Shown in pieces: positions 41,600-53,500 of a DNA stretch of 64,000 bases (position 1 is its first letter; the number at the start of each line of letters is the position of its first letter). The position numbers and the translations under genes are program-made. Origin of the DNA: Octopus vulgaris (lineage: Eukaryota); contig OX597814.1 of the NCBI GenBank assembly GCA_951406725.2, positions 60,636,001-60,700,000 of the forward strand, given 5' to 3'. The notes under the pieces are model-generated. The model did no database searches, had not been told where the DNA came from, and saw only the letters and a program-made list of their open reading frames with translations.

Positions 41600-42102
41600 T
41601 ATGATATGCTTGAGAAGACTTGTTGAGTCAAGTAAAACCAATATTGTAGCTGTGGCTAGTGCCCCCTGACTAACTCCCATACCGGTGGCACATAAAAGGC
41701 ACCATCCAAATGTGGTTAATGCCAGGTCTACCTGATTGGCTCCCATACTGGTGGCACATAAAGAGTACCATCTGAATGTGGCCGATGCCAGTACCCCCTG
41801 ACTGGCTCTCATGCCGGTGGCACATAAAAAGCACCATTCGAACATGCCTAATGCCAGTATCCCCTAACATGCTGCCAGTACCTATCTGAACATGATTGAT
41901 GCTAGGCCCGCCTGACTAGCTCTTGTGCCAGTGGAAAGTAAAACACATCCACTACACTCTCAGAGTGGTTAGGAAGAGCATCCAGCTGTAGAATCATTGC
42001 CAGATCAGACTGGAGCTTGGTGCAGCCATTGGCTCTCTAGACATCAGTCAAACTGTCCAACCCATGCCAACATGGAAAACGGACATTCAACGATGATGAT
42101 GA
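41600..42102 (+). mobile_element. RTE-type 3' UTR with about 60-bp tandem repeats
   Basis: Repeats of ccggtggcacataaaa.gcaccat; catggaaaacggac..gatgatgat tail; opposite orientation to 40815-41565. Confidence 0.75.
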
Positions 42103-42335
42103 CGGAAACGGAAAGTTACATTGCAAAACAGTCATTTTAATGAGTTGTATTTATTTACCACCCAATGAGATACATCTGCACCACCGGATGCTCCTGAACC
42201 AGTTGTTGAGTGACCCATCCATGAGGAATCGATGCTTGATGTGTCGAAACAATAGTCATGATTAATAATAAATTCTTGTATATTCCATCTTCAGTCTTTC
42301 ATTTGGCATATATACATATATATATACATATATAT

Positions 42336-42735
42336 ATAAATGAAAGAATGGAGTCGAACGACGATTTAACAAAATTCCTTTATTCTCAACATATGTTTCG
42401 AAAACTGTATAAGTTTTTGTTCGTCATGATGCTGACATAAGTTCCTTGTCTTTCCTGATGAGAAGGCGGCATGATGCACCCCTTATTCCTTCGGAATTAG
42501 GAATATACAGTCTTCGAAACATATGTTGAGAATAAAGGAATTTTGTTAAATCGTCGTTCGACTACATTCTTTCATTTATTTATAGTAAAAAAAAACCCAA
42601 AAATTTCCACATGAAAGCACATGATCTCTGCCCTTGGCATGTAGCTTCAACCGTGTTTTCTGACGTGAATTTGCTACCCAGGTATCGGTTAACCGAATTA
42701 TCCATACTAGGATAATTCATTCAACTACTTAAATA

Positions 42736-42738
<3 letters not shown>
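42336..42738 (+). mobile_element. Non-coding Penelope-type pseudo-LTR copy with inverted partial 5' copy, in (TA)n
   Basis: Same family as 6960-7255; 42336-42411 is the reverse complement of 42504-42579. Confidence 0.78.
42442..42540 (+). ncRNA. Type I hammerhead ribozyme
   Basis: CTGATGA at 42455-42461; stem II GAAGGC/GTCTTC with the same inner hairpin; GAAAC-ATAT-GTT at 42516-42527; stem I TTCCTT../..AAGGAA. Confidence 0.78.
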
Positions 42739-42787
<49 letters not shown>

Positions 42788-42830
42788 TATATATACCACA
42801 TATATATATAGATATATATATATATATATA

Positions 42831-43849
42831 CTAGCATTAAAGACCCGTCGTTGCCGGGTCATAGTGCTACTGCATGTATATATGTGTATATATATGTGTA
42901 CATATTACATGTACATCTATATATATACATCTACACATAAAATACAAAATACAAAGTTATATCTTGATATCGCTAGTGATAACAATACTCAAAATATATA
43001 ACAGATTGGAATTGTTAGCCCGTCTCTTGTAATTTTGATCAAGTGTATCTTGTCCTCCCTCTTGTATAGAAGTGTGGCTACAATCCAGCCTACCTCTACT
43101 TTGGGGGGGGCACATTTAAAATTTTTTTTCCGGGACGTCCTACATCCCAGATATAAAGGTAAAAATAAAATATTTCCACTTTGCAAGTTCGAGTCGAGTA
43201 CTTCCTTGCATGTTCCGTTGACTAGAACCTTGCTTCTATTGTGGCGAATTTACCGCCTTTGATTAGATACCTTTCATAGACGCACCAAGACACTTTTCAA
43301 AGGTGCTTTCCTCCATGTGTTCAAATCTTCTTTTTTCTCTACATTGTATACTTTATAGACAATAGTCTTTCCTTTAATTTTTTATTATCCATCTGGACTA
43401 TTCCATTTCTGCACGCTAATTTTATTTTTAATTTATTCCCATTCATGTGAAACCACTTATTCAAGTTCAAGTCATTGATGCAGTTTCATACCAATTGCTA
43501 TTTTTACTTTTGTTATGTTACTTTAGTTTGATTTTAATTATTACTTACTACATATAATTCAATTGTTATTATTATTTTTATTGTTAAAGTGAAAGTATCT
43601 GACATAAAATAGAGAAACGTTTTTGTTTCACTTTTAACACGTAATACTGAAATAGTGGAGAAGATATGATATTGTTAGGCTCGCTCTAGGCAAGAAGTTG
43701 AACATTTTATGGCCGATGACACTCCCCGGACCCTAAGTAAGGCATGTGTAAAATTTGAATGAAATTGGTTGTGTAGTTCTCAAGTTTTAGGGAAACAGAC
43801 AGACAGACAGACACACACACACACATTCTCAGTTTTATATATATAAAGA
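42831..43849 (-). mobile_element. Non-autonomous Helitron
   Basis: 5' TC at 43849 followed by TA and (GTCT)n; 3' hairpin GACCCG-GCAACGA-CGGGTC then CTAG at 42834-42831; inserted between A and T. Confidence 0.85.
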
Positions 43850-44202
43850 TATATATATATATACATGTATTAATCCATCTGTGTACCAAGGTTTACTGTA
43901 AAGAGTGTACATATTTATATGTACAAGTGTTTCTATTTGTATTAAAATATACATGGGAAGCCATTAGAATAAAATTATGAATATTTATATATTCTGTGCA
44001 CAAAACAGGCTTCTTTATGTATTTTCCTTGTAAAAGTAAATTTGATACTCTACTTAATTGTATGTATTCAGTGATCCTTCCATCAATATTTCCCTGTTTT
44101 CATGTATACATAAAATGAAACGTTAATATAAATGTATTGTATTTATTTAAATGTAGGTGTTAGGGTGCATGTGATATATGTGGTGTGTGTAGAGAGTATG
44201 TA

Positions 44203-44245
<43 letters not shown>

Positions 44246-44370
44246 TAGCATCATCACCATGTAACGTCCACAGGGATGGGACTATATACATATATATACA
44301 TAGGCATAATAGTACAGGTAGTCAGCATGTATCAAATCAATTTAGAACACAAGTAAGCACACCCAACAAC

Positions 44371-44478
44371 TAAATGAACATATACATACATATATAGATA
44401 CATCATACATATATATATATAGAGAGAGAGAGAGGTATCTATATGATGTATCTATATATGTATTTATATGTTCATTTA
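44371..44478. repeat. 37-bp inverted repeat around a TA/GA run
   Basis: taaatgaacatatacatacatatatagatacatcata vs tatgatgtatctatatatgtatttatatgttcattta. Confidence 0.8.
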
Positions 44479-44556
44479 CTTGTGTATGTCTGTGTACATA
44501 TATATATAAATGTGTGTGGATGAATGGATATACATAGATAGATAATTAGGTGCATG

Positions 44557-44610
<54 letters not shown>

Positions 44611-44664
44611 TAGTGAGTGGACAAATAAAAGAAAATGGCACTCAACACATTTAGTAGGAGTTAC

Positions 44665-44873
44665 ATATATTATTATTTAAAACAGTTTGATTCATTTCCA
44701 TGCAGCTTAAAGATTCACAGGCTTCTTATGGAAACCTAGCTCTGTCAGGCTCAGATAATTTTCTGTATCTCTTCATACAGTCATCTGAGCCTGAGTGAGT
44801 TAGCTTTCTGGGAAAAGCGTGAGAAACTTCAAGTCTCACAGAGCCAAATCAAATTGTTTTAAATGATATATAT
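44665..44873. repeat. Long imperfect hairpin
   Basis: Nested pairings tttaaaacagtttgatt/aatcaaattgttttaaa, tcaggctcagat/atctgagcctga, ctgtat/atacag. Confidence 0.78.
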
Positions 44874-44881
44874 ATATATTG

Positions 44882-45219
44882 TTGCTATTATGTAAAACTG
44901 TTGCATGTCCAAATTTAGCAAAATGTGTCTTTTTTTCAGTATCTAATTTTGCTTGCAATAGCCAGTTCTTTTGATCAAACTATCGTATCTCCAGCTGCTT
45001 CAAATACCAAGATATGAAAATTGTCAAAGTGTAGTAAGTCCCACATACAACAGCATTTCAAAAATATTTTTGACTGAAAATATCATACATGCACAGAGTT
45101 ACAATACAATATGATTGTTAAGCTGAAACTATTGCTAATGTAAAAAGAAAGGGAAAACCCCTTTCTCATATACTGAAAAAGCAAAGTTTTGGACTTATGA
45201 CACTTTTGCATAATAGCAA
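44882..45219. mobile_element. MITE with about 50-bp TIRs in (TA)n
   Basis: ttgctattatgtaaaactgt..gtccaaa..tttttcagtat mirrored at 45170-45219. Confidence 0.7.
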
Positions 45220-45259
45220 TGATATATATATATATATATATATTATTTCTATTATTATT

Positions 45260-45385
45260 TGACTGAACGCCACGCATCCATTTCCCAGTAAGTTTATCTT
45301 TATGATGCGACTCTGCTCTATACTGTTTTCTCTCTCATCCTTTCTCTAATTCCCTTTTTTCCTCCCCTTCACTGTTTTCTATCTG

Positions 45386-45447
<62 letters not shown>

Positions 45448-45947
45448 TTTATTTCTTTTGTTGCTCACATGTGACCATCATCCATCTTTCTCTTCCTGAC
45501 TTCATCATCTTTCTTCTCTTTCACGACTGTTATAAGGACAGCACGTATCCTATCTCTCTCTTATATCTTTTCTCTTGTCAAAGAAGATATTTCTCCAGCG
45601 TTCCCTATTTTTAATCTCGTTCAGGTCTAACAACCCTCAATGTTTGTTTCCGTTCGGTTTCCATGTATGTCTCCACTGTCCTGTTTTTGCTCCCACCTTT
45701 GACCCTGCATAAGTTCCAAATTTCATTTTGGTATGTATGGGAGCAACTGTCTTCAAAACTCATGTCGTTGTTCAATGCTCAAAGAGAGGAGTAGACAGCC
45801 AACAACTGACGAAGGGTTGTTCTTTATGTTACTTGTCCTGTTTCTCATTTGTTTCTCTTGTTGTTTGCATACTGAACTCATTTACTTTCATATTTCATGT
45901 TGTTTACTGTTTGGTGATGTCCTGTACCCATATATGTATGTTTGTAC

Positions 45948-45950
<3 letters not shown>
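45260..45950 (+). mobile_element. CT-rich TA-embedded element with hammerhead-like motifs in permuted order
   Basis: Flanked by TA runs; AAAAC-TCAT-GTC at 45755-45766 and CTGACGA at 45806-45812. Confidence 0.4.
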
Positions 45951-45976
<26 letters not shown>

Positions 45977-45981
<5 letters not shown>

Positions 45982-46765
45982 TTATACAAGCTGGTGTACC
46001 CGGTAATTCCTGGGGCTAAAGATGTTCTTTTGAAATGCCTTATTACTCTGATATAAGAAAGCAATTTCATAATAACTGCCACAAAAGGTGAATTTTTGTA
46101 TTTTCCGTCACGAAAAGTACAAAAAACTGTCAGCTGGAGGAGAACGAGATTGTTAGAGGAGGAGGGAGAGATTGCCTATCAAATCTTTTCAGAGTTGCCT
46201 CTCTTAAGTATTTTCCATTGATAAAAGCCAATTATCTAGAAGCATCAATGTCTGGGAATCTTCATAGATAGCAGCACTGAACAGATAGAGCGTTTTTACT
46301 ACTTTTTACCATGAGAGAAAAATTTTCTCTAATGGTAACTGCATTGCCTTTTAACAGTCGAAATACATCACAGACATTTTTTCACAACCCTAAACTTTGC
46401 TTGTGCCCAAACACTGCTTGGCACTAATATTTTGGTAATTTCCACAATCTGGCAATCTACCAGCGCAAATTAGTCAATGTTGTTGACTGTATTTTGCATA
46501 AAGCTATTGCTTCATAAGATCTGTTCAGAATTGCCTCTCTTAAGTACTTCCCAATGATAAAAGCCAACGAGCTAGAAACATTGATGTCTGGGAATCCTGA
46601 TAGATTTCAACACTGCATAGATAGAGTGTTTTCAAACCTTTTTACCATAAGAGAAAATTTTTCTCTGTGGTAACTGCAGTGAATTTGCCTTTTAGCAGTT
46701 GAAATATGTCACAAACATATTTTAACTAACCTAAACTTTGCTTATACCTAAACACTGCTTGGCAG
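45977..46765 (-). mobile_element. Helitron-like 3' end with internal ~235-bp direct duplication
   Basis: CCCAGG..CCGGG hairpin plus CTTG (CTAG-like) end; 46188-46423 repeated at 46525-46763. Confidence 0.5.
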
Positions 46766-49162
46766 TTACATGTATGAAGGTGGATCTGAAAGTAATGCTA
46801 ATAAAAAATTGCATTACTTTCTGACTCGCCATTCTACACACACATACTCCACCACCACCACCTTCTTTTAGCATCCAATTCCCATTTGCCAGGTTCAGTT
46901 CCACTGCATGGTATATTGGAAAAGTGTGTACTAATGTAGTCCCAGGCGAACCAAAGCCTTATGAGCAGATTTGGTAGATGAAAACTAAAAGCTCATTTCG
47001 TGTGTGTGTGCATGTGTCTTTGTATTTGTGTTTGCCCCACCCACACCACTTCACAACCAGAGTTGGCTTTTTAACATCCCCATAGCTTAGCAATTCAGTA
47101 AAAAAAAAAAGATCATCAAAATAAGTACCAGGCTTTAAAAAAAAAGTACTGGAGTTAATTTGTTCAACTAGACCCTTCAAAGCAGTGCCCCAGTATGGCC
47201 GCAAACCTATGACAGAGAGTAAAAGATAAAAGATATCCATGAGTGTGAAGATGTGTTTGTGAGAGAGAGTGAGTGAGTGATTGTGTGTGTGTGTGTGTGT
47301 GTAGATGTATGCATGCATGCATGTGGGTGGGTGGGTGCAGGTGTGCATGTGCGCACATTGTGTACGAAATTCTAGACAAATTATTGCAACTCCAGACAAC
47401 ATCACCATGAACTATTGGTTCTCTCATCTCTAATATTTATCAATCTTTATGATTGACCTTTTCAAATGAACAGTCAATATCATTTTACTTAGACAATGCC
47501 AATATAATACATTCCCATTAATTAATTATAACACTGATTTAGATCAGTTAGTTGCATACTGATGCTTTATAATTCAGCACAGATCTCTCAAGTTAGAGGA
47601 CAGAATAAATTAGTATTATCCTTCTTCTTCCCAGGTGAATCATGAAATTGTTTTGACTAGTAATTGAAAGTAACCCACAGTTCCAATCGATGAAATCTTC
47701 TTTCACTGCCATCCCCTGTGTTTGTTAACACATTAAAAGAATTGCTATAGTTTTTCTTAGCAGATTGTGGACATTAAGTCCTTCAGAGACTGCTTGAATA
47801 TAATAGTTGCTATGAACTTTCAGATAAAGAAGAAGCAGCAGAGCAACATAGTAAAGAAGACTGATGACCAGTTTTTTGGTTAATCTTTTGACCGATTCAT
47901 GCTTAACAACAAGAGAAACTCTGAGAAGAGTAACACAGAGAGAATGAATTTTTAATCCTTTGGCATTTAAGCTGACCATATTCTACCTGTTTTTATGCTC
48001 AAACTGACCAGACCCTGCCTCTCACACCTACCCAACAATGACATTCTAAAAATAAACAAACACATTATCGAAATTTCAAAGCTAAGGGATAATGCATAAT
48101 TAAATTAAAACAATGTGAATAAATAAGCATTACATTTGACAGAGGAACCTGAATGTTAAAGGGTTAAAAAAAATTATACAAACAGCATACTTGATCTGAA
48201 AAAGTTTTCAAACTCACTCTGAGAGTAAAGGATCAATATCAACAGCTACCGATCAGTAACTGCAGAGGCACATTGCTTAATGATTAGGGTGTTGGGGTTC
48301 ATGAACATGAGACTGTGGTTTTAATTCCTGGACCAGGTGACGCATTGTGTTCTTGAGCAAAACACTTCATTTCCTGTTGTTCCAGCTCACTCAGCTGCCA
48401 AAAATGACCAATCCTGCAACATGCTAGCTTCCTGAGCAGGTGGGGAATATATATGTTATGGAAACCAGCTCTATTAGTTTACATGACTTGGGAAAGGATT
48501 CGTAATTTCCTTTTTTTATTCAACACAAAATGTGAACTCATGTCCAAAAGAAGTTTTGGTGACAAAATCAAGTGTTCCTTATTGTAGCACACCGTACAGG
48601 GATGACTGTGTATTTAAAACGTTTGCTTCCCAGTTACATGGGTTTAGGTTTAGTTCTGCTGCACAGCAATTCGGTTCCACATAGAGTGGAACCTCTATAT
48701 ATGAATTAGATTCATTCCTGAAAGCTGTTCATCACCTGCAATGTTTGTACACTGGAAATATTCTTTCCATAAGAAATTCAAAATAATCACAGTCAGTTCA
48801 AGCAGGGATGTGCCATGAGTGAAAGCCAGACAGCAACTGATGCTCTCTTTCTGATACTCCCAGTTTGTTGCCAGCTGTGGCTGCCAGCTTGCATATTGGT
48901 TACTCGAGATACTATTCATCACCCGAGACATTTTATGTAAACTGATTTGTTTATAATGAAAGCTATTCATATACCAAGATGTCACTGTGTGTATGTGTAC
49001 ATGTGTGTGTATTTATATCCTTTAAGTTCATTTATCGGAAACATTTTGAACATGCATATAAAAGCCCCTATCCTCTTATGCTGGCTACAGCTTTATGGTG
49101 CCAAACTGGCTTAAACATCTTTTGGGGGTTGCAGTGATCTGTGCTAATATAATGCAGGATGA

Positions 49163-49361
49163 ATATAGTAATAACAATAATAATTCTTGGATGAAATTTA
49201 TAAATATTTTGATGTGTCTTTATGTGCATTTCCACAAATTACATATTTCTTAAGAATATGGACAATGATCTTAAGAAACATGTGATTTGTGTAAATGCGC
49301 TTAGCGATGCATTAGAATATTTATAAATTCCATCCAAGGATTATAATAGCTATTACTATAT
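49163..49361. repeat. About 93-bp-arm imperfect hairpin ending in (TA)n
   Basis: ttggatgaaatttataaatatt..cacaaattacatatttcttaaga mirrored around a 13-nt loop. Confidence 0.82.
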
Positions 49362-49378
49362 ATATATATATATATATA

Positions 49379-49591
49379 TGGGGTGTCCACAAAAACACTC
49401 CCTAATTTCATGATGCTATGATATCTCAAGTAATTCAAATATATTGGTAAATATGCTATCCACAGATTCCCTAACAATAATATTTTCTTTTATTTTCTGG
49501 TGACTTATCATCATGAATGTGAGCAGAAGGAAATCCAATATGGCCACCACCCCACAGCAACGTAGCTGGGAGTGTTTTTGTGGACACACTG
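49379..49591. mobile_element. Tc1-type MITE
   Basis: TIRs gtgtccacaaaaacactccc / gggagtgtttttgtggacac. Confidence 0.8.
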
Positions 49592-51046
49592 CATATAAAG
49601 TTTCAAAAATTAAACAGAACCATGACAAGGATTAAACATAAAATTCACACACAGACATGGACATTCTCCTCCCTCGTCAGTTATCTAAAATAATCATTAC
49701 AATTTCATGCCTTTAATAATAATATTGTTCTTTTTTGATGGTATCAACAGTGAAAAGCTGTTGGGAATAGCGAGAGGACATTGATGACGATGATAAAAAC
49801 AGCTATGAATATGACACGAGTATAAATGTAAATCTGCAAAATATATTATTTTATGCAAACAAAATAAAGGTCGTGGGGCTCTGAGGCAAGACAAGATATA
49901 TGTATGAGTAACACAATAGGAAATGTCCTACAGAGCTGAAAAGATGAAAGGGGAGAGTGAGAGAGTGCTATTTCTAGCACACTCTGCTACCATGTAACAG
50001 CTATTTGCAATAAAGGACCCCAAATACCTGTTACATGATAGCAAGGCATGCAAGAGATAGTAGCCAAATCTTTCCATTTCTGGGGAAAGGAGCCGTTTAC
50101 ATGTGATTTCAATGTCACATTCGTTGAAAGCATATGAAATAACTTGGAAAAGTATACTCACGAAACAAAACTCTGTTAATGGGAAACTCTGGTTTTCCCA
50201 GGAAATTCTGAGTTCCCCCACCACCCCACCCCCTTTTCTTTTCCAGAAGAAAGTGCCTAACGGTGGGTTTGGAGGTGAGATACATTGAATCCACCCAGAA
50301 AAACCTGTGGAAAAAATTATTTGACACTAAAGTACAAATGGGTCTTTTATGAAATATTTACCCAAGATCGAGACAGGCATGTGACTAGAAGGATTGATGA
50401 GACTGATAAAGCAAGGGCTGGGCATCTGGCGGAACAGAGGGAAAAGAGACAGAAGCAGGAGAGATCAGGAATTGGATGCTCATATGAATATAAAAGGAAT
50501 AAAACAAGTTTCGCATAAATCAGACCACAAGTTACTGAGATATGCAGTTTTTACAGATACCTTGAACTATTGGTCACCCAACAGGTCACAGGTAGTCTAG
50601 AGTTTAATAAAGTTAAGATGGTTTACAAATCTTGCTATCATGTCCAACACCATAGTAGAGAAAGTAGGATTAATTGAATGCAAATGCTATTTTGTCGTCT
50701 CATTAATTAATAAGAAGTGGAGTGGTAAAAAATTTTTACTAATATATTTTGAGGAGAAGGGCTTACATTTGTCAGTTTGAGAAACAATGGGTTAATGCAG
50801 TGAACCCATTCTAGACTGCATTCAGTAAAAGGACATCTGACTGATGAGAAATCCATAACTCATAAACAAAGAGAGGCATGGCTGTGTGGTAAGAAGTTTG
50901 CTTCCCAGCCACACAGGTTCCAGGTTTAGTCCCATTGCATGTCACCTTGGGTGAGTGTCTTCTACTGTAGCTTTGGACTGACCCAAGCCTTGTGAGTGGA
51001 TTTGGTAAGACATCTGAGAGAATTCTGTTGTGTGTGTGTGCGTCTG

Positions 51047-51077
<31 letters not shown>

Positions 51078-51489
51078 CATTATCATTGTTTAACATCCGT
51101 TTTCCATGCTGGAATGGGTTGTGTGTGTTTTTATATGTAAAGTATGTCTCTTGCTCTTCTCTCTCTGGCCAGGTTACCATGCTCCCTCCTCTATAGCAAG
51201 ACACCTGTTTCTGCCACCTTGTCTCTCTGTTATACTGTAACCATTCATCATCTGACAATATCCCCTCCTCCAATGCCCCCTCCCCTCTCAAAATTCTTTG
51301 ACATGCAAGTTACTTGGTGACCCTGCTAGTGCTGGTGCCATGTAGAAAGCATCCAGTCCACATTGTAAAGTGGTTGGCATTTGGAAGGGTACCCTGCTGT
51401 AAAAATCATGCCAAAACTGACCAGTGACATGGAGGAGATATCTGGCATTCCCAATACCACCACCACAGATGATGACTAAATAATTATCT

Positions 51490-52135
51490 TCAACATTGAT
51501 GTGATGACCAGCCCCGCACCATATATTACCAGGGATGCGAATCAGGCCACATCCCATGTTTGTAAATATATTTGATACACCAGTACTTCTTTCAAAGACG
51601 TTTTCTTAAGCCCCAGTCATCTTTCAGAGTCCCAGAAATATGGTTTGTCACATCCCTGGCCCACCATGTGTGACACCTCAAAGATCAAGGGACCCCATGT
51701 GATATCAGGTGGAAATCAATTGATCATCCAGGCCCATATATTAATGGAAGTGGCTGTTGCAAGATCTGCATTATGGAGAGAGCCAAAATTCTTAAGGACT
51801 ATAAGAAACCTGGTGCATTAAATAGACATAAAGAGGTGTTTTCTAAATGTAACCACTTCAAGCACTACTTACTAGAAAATTGGATCTCCCCATTTGTTGG
51901 TTAGGCCTCTTCGGGTCTATAAGTGTTGGTTCTTCCTCTGGTTCAGGGGAGATAATGTGTCCTTATTAACGTTTTTTTGTTAAGACATATTTCTTGATTT
52001 CTGAGCATTTCCTCATGTCTGCAACGTAGAAATTTTAAACTTCTGTCTTTGTATAGAGACAGATGAGCTGTCCATAAGGTTTTGGCTTTGTGGACTCAAA
52101 GCTTTGGGTAATTCTATGTCCAATATTTAAAATTT
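51490..52135 (-). mobile_element. Second decayed ORF1-like fragment
   Basis: DWG...IPGNIWC.GHHINVE segment parallels the pre-knuckle region of the 4030-5745 element; weak. Confidence 0.35.
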
Positions 52136-52754
52136 TCTTGTAATATACATGTAGATATATATTAATACAATGGGTTTCTTTCAATTTCTGTCTACCAAAC
52201 CCAGTCACTACGTTTTGGTCAGCCTGGGATCACAGTAGATGACACTTGCCAGAGATGCCACCAAGTGAGACTGAACCATAAAGCATGTGGTTAGAAAGCA
52301 AACTTCTTAATCACACAGCTATGCCCATGCATAATGAAGAGATTGGTAATGGTAGTGATGCTACTAGTGATTGGTCATGGTATTTGAAGGAAGTAATAGT
52401 GATGATGCTGATGGTTGAGTATGCTGGTTATGATGTGATATCAATAGAGAGAGAGAGCTGATGATGACTGTGGTGATGGTGATAATGGTGTTTGTTATCA
52501 AAATGTTAGTGATTATATGTTAATGGTAGTAGTGGTGGAGGTTACATTAATAGTTATGATAATGATTATGATGATTGTGGTGACCAGGGTGATGCTTTTC
52601 AGTTGCCATGGTGACTATGATGAATACATTTGTTGTGCTATGACAATGCAACCAATAATGATATCAACAAAGTAGGATATGTATGAAGATGTAAATCCAA
52701 TTAAGAGGAAACGGCAACACAGCTAAAGAACAAACAAAGTGAATAATAGCTTAC

Positions 52755-52931
52755 CAAGACATTGCAGGTGAGAGGTGACTGATTTGCATCGTCCGAAGTA
52801 AGGTCTGGACTTATAGACGGCAGTGCCGTCGGTGTTGTTGGGGATGTCACATTGGCCGAGACTGGACTGGAGTGTAATAGTTTCTGGTGCTGCCTGTCAT
52901 CAGCAATTTGCTTCAATACAAGTTCACGTGC
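52755..52931 (-). CDS. UBX-domain protein exon (ARELVLKQIADDR...SPLTCNVL): end of coiled coil, S/P/T linker, start of UBX
   Basis: Acceptor ttttgtcttattgcag|GCA, donor TTG|gtaagc; 177 nt = 59 codons, phase 0/0. KQIADDR resembles the helix preceding UBX in UBXN1/UBXN4-type proteins. Confidence 0.9.
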
Positions 52932-53180
52932 CTGCAATAAGACAAAAAATTGACCCTTTAGCATTTAATTCAGCCATACCCCACACAAATATTGTACCTG
53001 TTTTATGTTCAAACCTGCTAGATTTGGCCTCTCATACATGCTCTACAATGTCATTCTAAAATTAAACAATGACATTTGTCAAAATTTTGAAGCAATGATA
53101 TAATGCCTGATTAATTCAAAATCATGTGAATAAATAGGTATTACATTTGACAGAGTAATATGCACATTAAAAGGTTAAAC

Positions 53181-53500
53181 CAGAGGTTCTCAACCAAGGT
53201 CCATTTAAATCGTGAGGATCCATATAAGAGTTGTGGGAGGGTCCATGGATGCAATATAGTAAATTGGGTGTCCACAGTAATTCTTCAGTGACCATAAAAA
53301 TTTGTGCTTCAGACCAGTAAAGTTTATGCGCAAAAAATTAGTTATATGTCCACAATACACAAAATGTTTTAACATTTTTTATACAAATCTTAATATTTAA
53401 TTATAAAAATGCAATGGGATTTTTTAAACATCGAACGACTACGGAGGTCCATCCAAGTAAAATAGGAATCAAAGGAGAACAAAATGGTTGAGAACCTCTG
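53181..53500. mobile_element. hAT-type MITE
   Basis: Perfect TIR CAGAGGTTCTCAACCA; 8-bp TSD GGTTAAAC at 53173-53180 and 53501-53508. Confidence 0.93.

Noticed and set aside
41620-41940. CRISPR-like regularly spaced repeats
   Set aside because: Whole units are similar with no unique spacers; part of an RTE 3' UTR that recurs at 2080 and 40960; eukaryotic context, no cas genes.
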